Of a DNA stretch of 64,000 nucleotides, positions 29,452 to 38,961 are shown in pieces. The translations under genes were made by a program, and so were the position numbers. The first letter of the stretch is position 1; the number at the start of each line of letters is the position of its first letter. Origin of the DNA: Firmicutes bacterium UBA3570 (lineage in GTDB: Bacteria; Bacillota; Sulfobacillia; UBA3561); contig DFNJ01000027.1 in assembly GCA_002376005.1 (NCBI GenBank), forward strand, positions 8,587-72,586, read 5' to 3'. The notes beneath the pieces were generated by a model. It saw nothing but the letters and a program-made list of their open reading frames with translations, was not told where the DNA came from and searched no databases.

Positions 29452-30093
29452 GTGGAGCGTAAAGTCCGATACCGGCACCTGAGGACTGTCGTGCTGTTCA
29501 TGGAGAATATCCTGGCGGGAGTCATCGTTCTGGCGGTGGTGGCCAGTGCGGCGGACGTGTACGGGCTGTTCCTGAACCTGATTCGTACTCCTGCCCCCCA
29601 GGCATACACGGAGCTGGAGGCCTTCCTCGCACACGTGTTGTTGATGGTAGTGGGTCTCGAGCTGGCCTTGATGCTCATCCGCCACACGCCGGGCAGCGTG
29701 ATCGAGGTCATGCTATATGCGGTGGCCCGCAAGATGTTGCTGTATACCACCCGCGCGTACGAAATAGCGGTGGGCGTGGCGGCTCTGGCGGGTCTGTTCG
29801 CCATCAGGAGGTTTCTGTTCGTCTCCCGGATGGAGGAGCTCGAGGGGTACGTTCTCAGCGCCGCGACTCCAGTCAAGGACGTGAATCGGATCGTGGGGGT
29901 GCACATCCCTGAGGATTTGGCGAAGACGATAGGGGGCGTGGTGGCGGAACTGGCCGGTGAAGCCCCTATCAACCGCTACGATACGTTCAAGATTGCCGAT
30001 GCCGAGATTGAAGTGTTGGCCGTTGAGGGTGGCGTGGTGGAGAAAGTGCGCATCGTCGACTTGTCTCACAAGCATCGGCGGGATGTTGGGTGA
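29452..30093 (+). CDS. Membrane protein: PsiE-like N-terminal domain fused to CorC/HlyC-type transporter-associated C-terminal domain
   Basis: N-terminal ~130 aa with 4 TM helices resembles PsiE. C-terminal GYVLSAATPVKDVNRIVGVHIPEDLAKTIGGVVAELAGEAPINRYDTFKIADAEIEVLAVEGGVVEKVRIV fits the CorC_HlyC pattern. Alternative start ATG ~29500. Confidence 0.5.
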   Translation: MERKVRYRHLRTVVLFMENILAGVIVLAVVASAADVYGLFLNLIRTPAPQAYTELEAFLAHVLLMVVGLELALMLIRHTPGSVIEVMLYAVARKMLLYTTRAYEIAVGVAALAGLFAIRRFLFVSRMEELEGYVLSAATPVKDVNRIVGVHIPEDLAKTIGGVVAELAGEAPINRYDTFKIADAEIEVLAVEGGVVEKVRIVDLSHKHRRDVG

Positions 30094-31232
30094 AATCTAG
30101 CCGGCTTCGTTTTCGATTGATTGCCGAGGACGGTTCCGCGCGGTGCGCATGGCTGGAGACCGCCCACGGGAGGGTGCAAACCCCCGCGTTCATGCCGGTG
30201 GCCACCATCGGGGTGGTGAAATCGGTTGATCCGGCCGAGCTGCGCTCGGTGGGCGCGGAACTGTTGCTGGGTAACGCCTACCACCTGTGGTTGCGCCCTG
30301 GACCCACGGTAGTGGAGAAAGCGGGTGGTCTGGCCCGCTTCACCGGATGGAACGGCCCCATGCTGACGGACAGCGGTGGCTTTCAGGTTTTCTCCCTGGG
30401 ATCCCTGGTCCGGGTGACTCCCGAGGGTGCACTCTTCAAGTCGCATCTGGACGGTTCGCTGCGTTTCCTGTCTCCGGAGGACTGTATGACCATCCAGCGG
30501 CAGCTGGGGGCCGACCTGGTGATGCCGCTGGATGTCTGTCCGCCGGCGGATGCACCGGAGGAGGAGCTGCGTCAGGCGGTGAACCTGAGCGTGGAATGGG
30601 CGCGACGGTCGCTGGCCTGCCCTTTGGCTGAGCACCAGCACTTGTTTGCCATCGTACAGGGAGGGGTAGACCGCGACCTTCGTGTCCAGTGCGCGCAGGA
30701 ATTGATGGCCGAGGACTTCGCGGGGTTTGCGGTGGGGGGGCTGGCGGTAGGGGAGAGCAAGGAGGCCATGTACCGGACGGTGCAGCTTATGGCCGATATC
30801 CTGCCTGCCGATCGCCCCCGCTACCTGATGGGTGTGGGGGATCCCTGGGACCTGCTGGTCTGCGTGGGGTTGGGGATGGACCTGTTCGATTCGGTTCTCC
30901 CCACCCGGAATGGGCGGCACGGCACGGTGTGGACTGCTGAGGGAAAACTCAACCTCCACGGTGCGGCTCTGGCCGAGGACTACCAACCCCTGGATGGCAC
31001 CTGCGACTGCCCGGCCTGCACGGGTTACACGCGCGCGTACCTGCGTCATCTGTTCAGGGTGGGTGATAGCCTGGGCTGGAGGTTGGCCAGCCTGCACAAT
31101 TTGCGTTTTTTGTTCAGGCTGCTCGAAGGAGCCCGACAGGCCATCAAAGAAGGCAGATATGACGAATACGTGGCTGGATGGCGCGATGTGCTCCAACAGC
31201 CGGGTGGGGCCCGGGTACCGGGCCGGGGATGA
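30090..31232 (+). CDS. tgt: Queuine tRNA-ribosyltransferase
   Basis: Catalytic Asp residues, zinc site CDCPACTGYTRAYLRHL. 380 aa. Confidence 0.95.
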   Translation: MKSSRLRFRLIAEDGSARCAWLETAHGRVQTPAFMPVATIGVVKSVDPAELRSVGAELLLGNAYHLWLRPGPTVVEKAGGLARFTGWNGPMLTDSGGFQVFSLGSLVRVTPEGALFKSHLDGSLRFLSPEDCMTIQRQLGADLVMPLDVCPPADAPEEELRQAVNLSVEWARRSLACPLAEHQHLFAIVQGGVDRDLRVQCAQELMAEDFAGFAVGGLAVGESKEAMYRTVQLMADILPADRPRYLMGVGDPWDLLVCVGLGMDLFDSVLPTRNGRHGTVWTAEGKLNLHGAALAEDYQPLDGTCDCPACTGYTRAYLRHLFRVGDSLGWRLASLHNLRFLFRLLEGARQAIKEGRYDEYVAGWRDVLQQPGGARVPGRG

Positions 31233-31262
31233 ACTTTTATGCCGAAGAAGGGAGCTGGTGAG

Positions 31263-31535
31263 ATGTCTCCTCAGTTTCTGGGAAGTCTGCTCTGGTTGGC
31301 GCTGTTGTTCGGGATCATGTATTTTCTCCTCATCAGACCCCAGCAGCAACAGCAAAGGCGACGGCAGCAGATGTTGGATTCGCTGCGGGAAGGAGACCGC
31401 ATAGTCACTACCGGCGGACTGCACGGCACCATACTGCGCATCCGAGGAGAGGAGCTGACGGTGCGCATAGCCGATCAGGTGGATGTGAAGCTGAGCCGAA
31501 GCGGAGTGGCCTACAAGCTGGAGCGTGAATCCTGA
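31263..31535 (+). CDS. yajC: Preprotein translocase subunit YajC
   Basis: ATG 31263 with AAGGGAG 8 nt upstream. TM helix then IRPQQQ...GDRIVTTGGLHGTI. secDF does not follow. Confidence 0.85.
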   Translation: MSPQFLGSLLWLALLFGIMYFLLIRPQQQQQRRRQQMLDSLREGDRIVTTGGLHGTILRIRGEELTVRIADQVDVKLSRSGVAYKLERES

Positions 31536-31683
31536 AGACCTCGATGAATGGACCGCCCTGGTGGTCCAATTGTGGGGGCCTTGTCCTTTTTCTGTGCCGC
31601 TAGCAGGAATTCCAGCCGTCCCGGCGAACAATATGCCCGGAATGGCCTGATGGGTCAGTCCACTGGGCCAAGGAGGCGCGCAC

Positions 31684-32691
31684 ATGCGTTTCGCAGTGGA
31701 CCGGGAAGAGGGATTGCCGCTGTATCTGCAGGTGGTCAGGCAGATCGAGCAGATGATCGCCGCGGGGTTATGGGAAGCGGGGACGCAGCTACCCCCGGAG
31801 AGGGAACTGGCACGGGCGCTGGGGGTCAGCAGGAACACCATCAGCATGGCGTACAAGAGGCTGGAGTCCGAAGGCGTGCTGGTTTCCCGCCAGGGGAGAG
31901 GCACTTTCGTGGCCGCGCGAGGAGAGGTCAGCCAGCGCCCACGAGGACGTAAGCGACTGGAGCGCTTGCTGGACCTGGCCATTGAAGAGGCTTTGTACTT
32001 CGGCTATTCGTTGGAGCAATTCGTGGAGCTGGCCAGGGCCAAGGCAGAGGAGAAGCGGGAGCTTTTGCGCCGGGTGCGGGTGGCCTTCGTGGAGTGCAAT
32101 CGGGAGCAGCTGGACTATTTCTCCCGGGAGCTGGAGCTGGGTTCGGGGGTGAGCATAATCCCGGTATTGCTGGACGAACTCAGGGCCGGCCACCAGCACG
32201 CGCAGCAGGCCCTCCGGGAGGCGGACTTGATAGTGACCACTTTCTTCCACCTCCAGGAAGTGGAACGGCTGATCCCCGATCCCGGTCAGGAGCTGCTGGG
32301 CATAGCTTTAGACCCCGACATGGAGACCATCGTCCGCATTGCCCGGTTGCCCCAGGGAACGCGGGTGGGTTTGGTGTGTTTGTCATGGGCGTTTGCCGAC
32401 CGGGTGCGGCAGTCTATTCGCAATGCGGGTATCACCGGCCTGGAATTGTTAGCCACGGTGGAACGGGATCGGGAGCGCTTGCGGGAGTTCCTGCGGGACG
32501 TAGATGCGGTCATTGCATCTCCCGGACGCCGCCGGGAGGTGGAAGAGATGCTCAGCCGCGATGATGTGGAGGTCATCGAGTTCATCTACCGGCCCGATGC
32601 AGGTTCTGTGAACTTGCTCAGGAGCGTATTGCTGGAGAGCAGGTCAAAACCGCTGTTTCGAGGAGTGATCACCCTTGGGCGTTCGAAATGA
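31684..32691 (+). CDS. GntR-family transcriptional regulator with ~250-aa C-terminal domain of unclear type
   Basis: N-terminal GntR wHTH (LPPERELARALGVSRNTISMAYKRLESEGVLVSRQGRGTFVA). Heads the oxidoreductase/decarboxylase block. Confidence 0.75.
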   Translation: MRFAVDREEGLPLYLQVVRQIEQMIAAGLWEAGTQLPPERELARALGVSRNTISMAYKRLESEGVLVSRQGRGTFVAARGEVSQRPRGRKRLERLLDLAIEEALYFGYSLEQFVELARAKAEEKRELLRRVRVAFVECNREQLDYFSRELELGSGVSIIPVLLDELRAGHQHAQQALREADLIVTTFFHLQEVERLIPDPGQELLGIALDPDMETIVRIARLPQGTRVGLVCLSWAFADRVRQSIRNAGITGLELLATVERDRERLREFLRDVDAVIASPGRRREVEEMLSRDDVEVIEFIYRPDAGSVNLLRSVLLESRSKPLFRGVITLGRSK

Positions 32692-32902
32692 GCGCGGGTT
32701 GCGGGCCCGTATTGAGTTCAACCCGCGGTGGTGCAAGGCGTGTGGAATCTGCATCGCATTCTGCCCCGCGTCGGTCTTTGACACAGACCAGGACGGCAGG
32801 CCCATCGTGGCGCGACCGGAGGCATGCACGGGGTGTCAGCTCTGCGAGCTGCGCTGCCCGGATTTTGCCATCGCCGTGGAGGTGGAGCGGGAGGGTGAGT
32901 GA
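32675..32902 (+). CDS. korD: 2-oxoacid:ferredoxin oxidoreductase delta subunit (2x[4Fe-4S] ferredoxin)
   Basis: Two CxxCxxCxxxCP motifs (CKACGICIAFCP, CTGCQLCELRCP). TTG 32675 with AGGAG 9 nt upstream. Stop overlaps alpha-subunit GTG. Confidence 0.7.
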   Translation: MGVRNERGLRARIEFNPRWCKACGICIAFCPASVFDTDQDGRPIVARPEACTGCQLCELRCPDFAIAVEVEREGE

Positions 32903-34022
32903 ACGCGGCGAGATCCGTCTCGTGCAGGGCAACGAAGCGTGTGCGGAGGCAGCCCTGGCCGCAGGAGTGAGGTTTTTCGCGGGCTACCCGATAACCCCCT
33001 CTTCCGAGATAGCGGAGATAATGGCTGTCAGGCTGCCGCAGCTGGGGGGTAAGTTCATCCAGATGGAGGACGAGATCGCCAGCATGGCGGCAACCATCGG
33101 GGCGTCGCTGGCCGGGGTGAAGGCCATGACCGCCACCAGCGGTCCCGGTTTTTCGCTCAAGCAGGAGAACATAGGCTACGCCGCACTGGCCGAGATCCCC
33201 TGCGTGGTGGTGAACGTCCAGCGGATTGGACCCAGTACCGGCATGCCCACTTCGCCTTCCCAGGGGGACGTCATGCAGTCCAGGTGGGGGACCCATGGAG
33301 ACCACCCGGTAGTGGTGTTCTGCCCCTGGTCGGTCCGCGAGGTTTACGACCTTACCGTTCACAGCGTCAACGTTGCGGAGCGATTGCGGATGCCGGTCAT
33401 CCTGTTGATGGATGAAGTGGTTGCTCACATGAGGGAGAAGATCGAGATCCCCCCTCAGGTGGAGACGGTGGATCGGCCGCGACCCAGTGGTGATCGTCAG
33501 GATTACCTTCCCTACGACGACAGCAGCGACGTGCCACCCATGGCTGCCTTCGGTGACGGCTACCGCTTCCACGTCACCGGGCTCTATCACGGCCCCTCGG
33601 GTTTTCCCACCACCGATCCCGAAGTGGCAGATCGTCTGATAAGGCGGCTGTGCGGGAAGGTGCAAAGACGCAGACAGCAGCTCGCACTCACCTCGGCCCA
33701 CCTGGTGGATGACGCTGAGGTCTTGGTGGTGGCGTACGGAGCAGCCGCCCGCTCGGCCCTGCGGGCGGTCCGGGAAGCGAGATCGGAAGGGGTGAGGGCG
33801 GGTCTGCTGAAGATCTCCACCATATGGCCCTTCCCCCAGGAGGTATTGCTGTCGCTGGCCGCACGGGTGCGTCGGGTGGTGGTGGTGGAGATGAACCTGG
33901 GTCAGCTGGTGCTGGAAGTGGAGCGAGTGCTGAAGGGACGGGCTCCCGTTCAGCACGTGGGCCGGGTGGACGGGGAGTTGGTAACCCCGGAGGAGATCCG
34001 GGCCGCGCTGGAGGGGGTGTGA
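32895..34022 (+). CDS. korA: 2-oxoacid:ferredoxin oxidoreductase alpha subunit
   Basis: GTG 32895 (VSERGEIRLVQGNEACAEAALAAGVRFFAGYPITPSSEI). The ORF part upstream of this overlaps the GntR and korD genes and is R/S-rich non-protein-like sequence. Confidence 0.85.
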   Translation: MSERGEIRLVQGNEACAEAALAAGVRFFAGYPITPSSEIAEIMAVRLPQLGGKFIQMEDEIASMAATIGASLAGVKAMTATSGPGFSLKQENIGYAALAEIPCVVVNVQRIGPSTGMPTSPSQGDVMQSRWGTHGDHPVVVFCPWSVREVYDLTVHSVNVAERLRMPVILLMDEVVAHMREKIEIPPQVETVDRPRPSGDRQDYLPYDDSSDVPPMAAFGDGYRFHVTGLYHGPSGFPTTDPEVADRLIRRLCGKVQRRRQQLALTSAHLVDDAEVLVVAYGAAARSALRAVREARSEGVRAGLLKISTIWPFPQEVLLSLAARVRRVVVVEMNLGQLVLEVERVLKGRAPVQHVGRVDGELVTPEEIRAALEGV

Positions 34023-34026
34023 AGAG

Positions 34027-34839
34027 ATGAAGCGCTATCTGCGGCAGCAGTACATGCCCCACATCTGGTGCCCCGGGTGCGGCAATGGGATCGTGCTGGG
34101 AGCGCTGCTGCGGGCAATATCACGGCTGGGGTGGGACCAGGACCGCATCGCCGTGGTCTCGGGCATCGGTTGTTCATCGCGAGCCACCGGATATCTGGAC
34201 TTCGACACGCTTCATACCACTCACGGCCGGGCACTGGCCTTTGCCACCGGTTTGAAGCTGGCCAGGCCAGAGCTGAAGGTGATCGTGGTGGGCGGAGATG
34301 GCGATCTGGCCGCCATTGGGGGCAATCACCTCATCCACGCTGCCCGGCGCAATATCGACATCACCACCATTTGCGTCAATAACCGCATTTACGGCATGAC
34401 CAGCGGGCAGGCCTCGCCGCTGACCCCTAAAGGGAGATTGGCTACCACCGCTCCCTACGGGAATGTGGACCGGCCCTTCGATTTGTGCCAGCTGGTTCAG
34501 GCGGCGGGGGCGACGTACGTGGCCAGATCCACCACCTACCATGTCCGGCAGCTATGCAACCTCATTGCCGAGGCCTTAGAAAACAGAGGGTTTTCCTTCG
34601 TGGAGGCCGTCGCCCAGTGTCCGGTGTACTACGGTCGCCGGAACCGGCTGGGCACGGCGGTGGATATGCTCAAGTATTACCGGGATCATGCGGTGACGGT
34701 GCGGGCCGCCCAGTCGATGCAGCCTGAACAGCTGGCAGACAAGATAATCATCGGGCGCCTGCACCACGTCGTGGAGCCGGATTACGAGAGCGAGTACGCC
34801 CGAGTGATGGAAGAAGCCAGGAGGAGAGCGGACAGATGA
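34027..34839 (+). CDS. korB: 2-oxoacid:ferredoxin oxidoreductase beta subunit (TPP-binding)
   Basis: WCPGCGNGI N-terminal motif, TPP-binding GDG-x-N region. 270 aa. Confidence 0.85.
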   Translation: MKRYLRQQYMPHIWCPGCGNGIVLGALLRAISRLGWDQDRIAVVSGIGCSSRATGYLDFDTLHTTHGRALAFATGLKLARPELKVIVVGGDGDLAAIGGNHLIHAARRNIDITTICVNNRIYGMTSGQASPLTPKGRLATTAPYGNVDRPFDLCQLVQAAGATYVARSTTYHVRQLCNLIAEALENRGFSFVEAVAQCPVYYGRRNRLGTAVDMLKYYRDHAVTVRAAQSMQPEQLADKIIIGRLHHVVEPDYESEYARVMEEARRRADR

Positions 34840-35387
34840 AGGGCAGGGTGGAGATCCGAATCGCGGGAGAAGGTGGCCAGGGGGTTATCCTGGCGGGCAT
34901 TATCCTGGCAGAGGCGGCGGCGGTTTGGCAGGGGCTGAACGCCACGCAGAGCCAGTCCTACGGCCCGGAGTCACGCGGTGGGGCCTCTCGGGCCGAGGTC
35001 ATCATTGATGAGGAAGAAATCGACTATCCCCGGGTCCGGCAGCCTCACGTCCTGCTCGCCCTGAGCCAGGAGGCTCTGGACAAGTACCTGCCTGACGTCC
35101 GCGACGGTGGGGTGGTGATCGTGGACCAGGATCGGGTGGTACCGCCCGCGTGCCCGCGCAGGCGGCTGATTGAAGCGCCCATTACCCGCCTGGCCCGGGA
35201 GAAGTTGGGCCGCGCCATCGTGGCCAACATGGTGGCCTTGGGTGTGCTGGCGCGGGTGTCGGGGGTGGTGACGCTGGAAGCTCTCAGGAGCGCCGTTGCC
35301 CATCGAGCCCCCTCCGGAACCGAGGAGGTCAACCTCAGGGCCCTGGAGCTGGGGTATCACGCGCCAGTCAGGGAGGTAAGCGACTGA
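34836..35387 (+). CDS. korC: 2-oxoacid:ferredoxin oxidoreductase gamma subunit
   Basis: MKGRVEIRIAGEGGQGVILAGIILAEAAA typical gamma-subunit start. 4-nt overlap with beta. Confidence 0.8.
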   Translation: MKGRVEIRIAGEGGQGVILAGIILAEAAAVWQGLNATQSQSYGPESRGGASRAEVIIDEEEIDYPRVRQPHVLLALSQEALDKYLPDVRDGGVVIVDQDRVVPPACPRRRLIEAPITRLAREKLGRAIVANMVALGVLARVSGVVTLEALRSAVAHRAPSGTEEVNLRALELGYHAPVREVSD

Positions 35388-35465
35388 ACAGTAGGCCCGT
35401 GGTTGGAGGTCGGCTGCGTGCAGTACCCGGAGTGATCGGCCAAAAATCTCAAGGGGGGAGCGAGA

Positions 35466-36734
35466 ATGCCCAAGGGAGTCACCGGAGAGGAAACCCTCAA
35501 CGTCTACGAAATAGTGAAGAAGCAGATTGCGGACGTGTGTAAAGCCCTGAATCTGGAGCCCGCGGTTTACGAGATCCTGAAGCAGCCGCAGCGTTTTCTG
35601 GAGGTATCCATTCCCGTCCGCATGGATGACGGGTCGGTCAAGGTGTTCACCGGTTACCGCTCGCAACACAATGATGCCCTCGGGCCCACCAAGGGCGGGT
35701 TGAGGTATCACCCCGACGTGTACGCCGACGAGGTCAAGGCCCTCTCCATGTGGATGACCTTCAAGTGCGCCGTGCTTGGTTTGCCCTACGGGGGAGGTAA
35801 GGGAGCGATAAAGTGTGATCCCAAGTCGCTGTCCCGCGGCGAGCTGGAGAGACTGTCCCGCGGGTTCATCAGGGCGATAGCCCAGGTGATTGGTACCGAG
35901 AAGGACATCCCGGCACCCGACGTGTACACCAACCCGCAGATCATGGCCTGGATGGTGGACGAGTACTCGGCGATCAGGCAACAGAACGACTTCGGGGTGA
36001 TTACGGGCAAGCCGCTGAGCATCGGTGGGTCCGCTGGCCGCAACGAGGCCACTGCCCGGGGGTGCTGCGTGGTGGCTCGCGAGGCCTGCAAGCGGCTGGG
36101 TATTCAGCTGGAAGGTGCCCGGGTAGTGGTGCAGGGGTACGGCAATGCCGGCAGCATCGCCGCCCGGCTGATGGCGGAAATGGGGGCAAAGGTGATAGCG
36201 GTCACCGATTCCAGGGGTGGAGCCTACTCGGAGGAGGGCCTGGACCCCAGGGCGGTCCTCGAGCACAAGGAGAAGACCGGTTCCGTCAAGGACTTCCCGG
36301 GTTCGAAGGAGATCGACAACGATCAGCTGTACGCGCTGGACTGCGACATAATAATCCCGGCGGCCCTTGAGAACCAAATCACCCTGGAGCGGGCCAGGAC
36401 CATCAAGGCTAAGATCATCTCGGAAGCGGCCAACGGCCCCACCACGCCGGAGGCCGATGATCTGCTGTTCGAGCGAGGAGTCCTGGTCATCCCGGATATC
36501 CTGGCATCCGCGGGAGGAGTCACCGTCTCCTACTTCGAATGGGTGCAGAATCTCACCGGGTATTACTGGACGGAGGAAGAAGTGAACTCGAGACTGGAAG
36601 CCAAGATGATCCAGGCGTTCAACGAAGTGTACGAGATGCACCGCAACCAGGGAGTGAAGATGCGCGATGCTGCTTACATGGTAGCAATAAAGCGGGTAGC
36701 GGACGCCATGCGCCTGCGGGGATGGCTGGGATGA
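35466..36734 (+). CDS. gdhA: Glutamate dehydrogenase (Glu/Leu/Phe/Val dehydrogenase family)
   Basis: KGGLRYHP substrate-binding motif, GLPYGGGKG, Rossmann GYGNAGS. 422 aa. Confidence 0.9.
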   Translation: MPKGVTGEETLNVYEIVKKQIADVCKALNLEPAVYEILKQPQRFLEVSIPVRMDDGSVKVFTGYRSQHNDALGPTKGGLRYHPDVYADEVKALSMWMTFKCAVLGLPYGGGKGAIKCDPKSLSRGELERLSRGFIRAIAQVIGTEKDIPAPDVYTNPQIMAWMVDEYSAIRQQNDFGVITGKPLSIGGSAGRNEATARGCCVVAREACKRLGIQLEGARVVVQGYGNAGSIAARLMAEMGAKVIAVTDSRGGAYSEEGLDPRAVLEHKEKTGSVKDFPGSKEIDNDQLYALDCDIIIPAALENQITLERARTIKAKIISEAANGPTTPEADDLLFERGVLVIPDILASAGGVTVSYFEWVQNLTGYYWTEEEVNSRLEAKMIQAFNEVYEMHRNQGVKMRDAAYMVAIKRVADAMRLRGWLG

Positions 36735-36740
36735 TGCAGA

Positions 36741-36774
36741 GGGGTGGCGCGGCCAGGCAAGGGCGCGCCACCCC
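36741..36774 (+). terminator. Perfect 11-bp GC-rich hairpin just after gdh stop (GGGGTGGCGCG - 12-nt loop - CGCGCCACCCC), no U-tract
   Basis: Read directly from sequence. Could be a partial terminator/attenuator or an RNA-stability element between gdh and the mutase gene. Confidence 0.3.
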
Positions 36775-36804
36775 CCAAACCAACCCGGCAATGGAGGGGT
36801 GAGA

Positions 36805-38487
36805 GTGGACCAGTGTCATGAGCGGGAGGAGCTGAGGCGCCAGCGCCGACGGTGGGAACAGGAGGTGGTGGCTAAGGCCACCGCGCGGTTCCCGGAGCGG
36901 CAGGCCGAGTTCCGCACCCTGTCCGGGCTTTCGGTGCAGCGGCTATACGGGCCCGACGACCTGGAGGAGTTTTCATACCTGAGGGATCTCGGCTTTCCCG
37001 GCCAGTACCCCTTCACCCGTGGAATATACCCCACCATGTACCGGGGCCGATTCTGGACCATGCGACAGTACGCCGGATACGGAAGCGCCCGGGAGACCAA
37101 CGCCCGGTTTCGATATCTGCTCGAGCAAGGGCAGACCGGCCTGAGCGTGGCTTTCGATCTGCCGACCCAGCTGGGGTACGATTCGGATCACCCTCTGGCG
37201 GAAGGAGAGGTGGGGAGGGTGGGGGTGGCCATCGACACCCTGGCGGACATGGAGGAGCTGTTCGCGGATATACCGCTGAACAAGGTGACCACCTCCATGA
37301 CCATCAATGCCCCGGCGGCGGTGCTGCTGGGCATGTACGTGGCACTGGCCGACCAGCGAGGTATACCGCGCGACCAGCTGGCGGGGACGGTTCAGAACGA
37401 TATACTTAAAGAATATGCGGCGCGCGGCACTTACATCTTCCCCCCGGCACCCTCCATGCGCCTGGTGACCGACGTGTTTGCTTTCGGATCTTCCGAGCTG
37501 CCCCGTTTCAACACCATCAGCATCTCCGGGTATCACATCCGGGAAGCGGGGGCAACCGCGGTGCAGGAGCTGGCCTTCACCTTTGCCAACGCCATTGCCT
37601 ACGTCCAGGCGGCGGTGGATCGCGGCTTGCGCGTGGATGATTTCGCACCACGGCTTTCCTTCTTCTTCAACGCCCACATGGATTTCTTCGAGGAAATTGC
37701 CAAGTTCCGGGCTGCCCGCCGGATTTGGGCCACCATCATGAAGGAGCGGTTCGGGGCGCGGGATCCGCGTTCGCAGTGCCTGCGTTTTCACACCCAGACC
37801 GCCGGGTCGTCCCTCACCGCTCAGCAACCGGACTGCAACGTGGTGCGGGTGACCATACAGGCCCTGGCGGCGGTGTTGGGGGGCACGCAGAGCCTGCACA
37901 CCAATTCCTGGGACGAGGCGCTGGGACTGCCCACCGAGCAAGCGGTGCGGGTTGCCCTGCGGACGCAGCAGATCATTGCGCACGAAAGCGGAGTGACCAA
38001 TACCGTTGACCCCCTGGGCGGCAGTTACTTCCTCGAACACCTCACCGCCGACATTGAGAGAGCGGTGTGGGAATATCTGGAGCGCATACAGGAGATGGGC
38101 GGAGCGGTCCGGGCCATCGAACTGGGATTCATTCAACGGGAAATCGAGGATGCCGCGTACCGCTACCAAAGGGAAGTAGAATCGGGCCTGAGGACGGTGG
38201 TGGGAGTCAACGCCTTCGTGGTGCCGGAGGAGACGCGATCCTACCAGGCGCTGGAGGTAGATCCCCAGGTTGCCAGGACCCAGAAGGAAAAACTGGAGAA
38301 GATCAGGCGCCAGCGGGATCAACGGGCGGTGGAGCGCGCCCTGGAGCGCCTGCGCGAGGCGGCGGCTGGGGAGGAGAACCTCATGGAGCCCATCATCGAG
38401 GCGGTGAAGGCATACGCCACCCTGGGGGAGATCTGCGGAGTACTCAGGGGGGTGTTTGGCGAGTACCGGGAGGCAGGTGCTACGTGA
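36805..38487 (+). CDS. Methylmalonyl-CoA mutase large (catalytic, TIM-barrel) subunit; no B12-binding domain
   Basis: Conserved acyl-CoA mutase blocks ([50 protein letters not shown]). GTG 36805 has GGAGG 7 nt upstream. C-terminus lacks the DxHxxG B12 motif, so the small subunit must be encoded elsewhere. Confidence 0.85.
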   Translation: MDQCHEREELRRQRRRWEQEVVAKATARFPERQAEFRTLSGLSVQRLYGPDDLEEFSYLRDLGFPGQYPFTRGIYPTMYRGRFWTMRQYAGYGSARETNARFRYLLEQGQTGLSVAFDLPTQLGYDSDHPLAEGEVGRVGVAIDTLADMEELFADIPLNKVTTSMTINAPAAVLLGMYVALADQRGIPRDQLAGTVQNDILKEYAARGTYIFPPAPSMRLVTDVFAFGSSELPRFNTISISGYHIREAGATAVQELAFTFANAIAYVQAAVDRGLRVDDFAPRLSFFFNAHMDFFEEIAKFRAARRIWATIMKERFGARDPRSQCLRFHTQTAGSSLTAQQPDCNVVRVTIQALAAVLGGTQSLHTNSWDEALGLPTEQAVRVALRTQQIIAHESGVTNTVDPLGGSYFLEHLTADIERAVWEYLERIQEMGGAVRAIELGFIQREIEDAAYRYQREVESGLRTVVGVNAFVVPEETRSYQALEVDPQVARTQKEKLEKIRRQRDQRAVERALERLREAAAGEENLMEPIIEAVKAYATLGEICGVLRGVFGEYREAGAT

Positions 38488-38547
38488 GCTCTCCAGCCGG
38501 CGGGTGGAGATGCCCCAGGAGCGAAGATTGACCAGGGAGGGTTTTTC

Positions 38548-38949
38548 ATGATAAAGGGTCTCGATCATGTGGCGGTGGCGGTGCGGGACCTGGATGAGGC
38601 GGTTGAGCTTTACTGCCGCGTTCTGGGATTTCGGCTTCGCGGACGGGAGACGGTCAGCTCCCAGCGGGTGGAGGTGGCCTTCCTGGAGGCGGGCGGATTC
38701 TGCCTGGAGCTGGTATCCCCGGTAGATGCCGACTCTCCGGTGGCCCGATTCCTGGAGCGCCGGGGAGAGGGGATGCATCATGTGAGTCTGGAGGTGGAGG
38801 ATGTCGAGGCGGCGCTGGCCCGGGCGCGCGCGGCTGGCTGTCGGTTGGTGGACGAGCGACCGCGCGAGGGGGCGGAGGGCAAGCTGGTGGCCTTTCTGCA
38901 TCCCAAGAGCCTGAAGGGCGTTCTGGTGGAGCTGTGTACGCGGCGTTGA
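38548..38949 (+). CDS. mce: Methylmalonyl-CoA epimerase (VOC/glyoxalase superfamily)
   Basis: LDHVAVAVRDLDEAVELY and FLHPKSLKGVLVEL blocks match methylmalonyl-CoA epimerases. 133 aa. Confidence 0.85.
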   Translation: MIKGLDHVAVAVRDLDEAVELYCRVLGFRLRGRETVSSQRVEVAFLEAGGFCLELVSPVDADSPVARFLERRGEGMHHVSLEVEDVEAALARARAAGCRLVDERPREGAEGKLVAFLHPKSLKGVLVELCTRR

Positions 38950-38961
38950 GGGCAAGGGGGG

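Noticed and set aside
31546-31600. Possible terminator after yajC (GGACC-loop-GGTCC followed downstream by a T-run)
   Set aside because: The hairpin and the T-run are separated by ~20 nt of unpaired sequence. Not a canonical intrinsic terminator, so not called as a feature
30066-31982. 638-aa antisense ORF opposite tgt/yajC; similarly 34971-36791 (606 aa, opposite gdh), 13355-14536 (393 aa, opposite ponA), 6079-7005 (308 aa, opposite polX) and 59278-60303 (341 aa, opposite murC/murB)
   Set aside because: All are antisense to genes with strong family signatures, have biased R/P/G composition and no recognisable domains. GC-third-position artefacts
36973-38955. 660-aa antisense ORF (minus strand) spanning the methylmalonyl-CoA mutase and epimerase genes
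   Set aside because: Low-complexity R/P/G/H-rich translation with no motifs. It is fully antisense to two well-supported genes. Typical high-GC frame artefact
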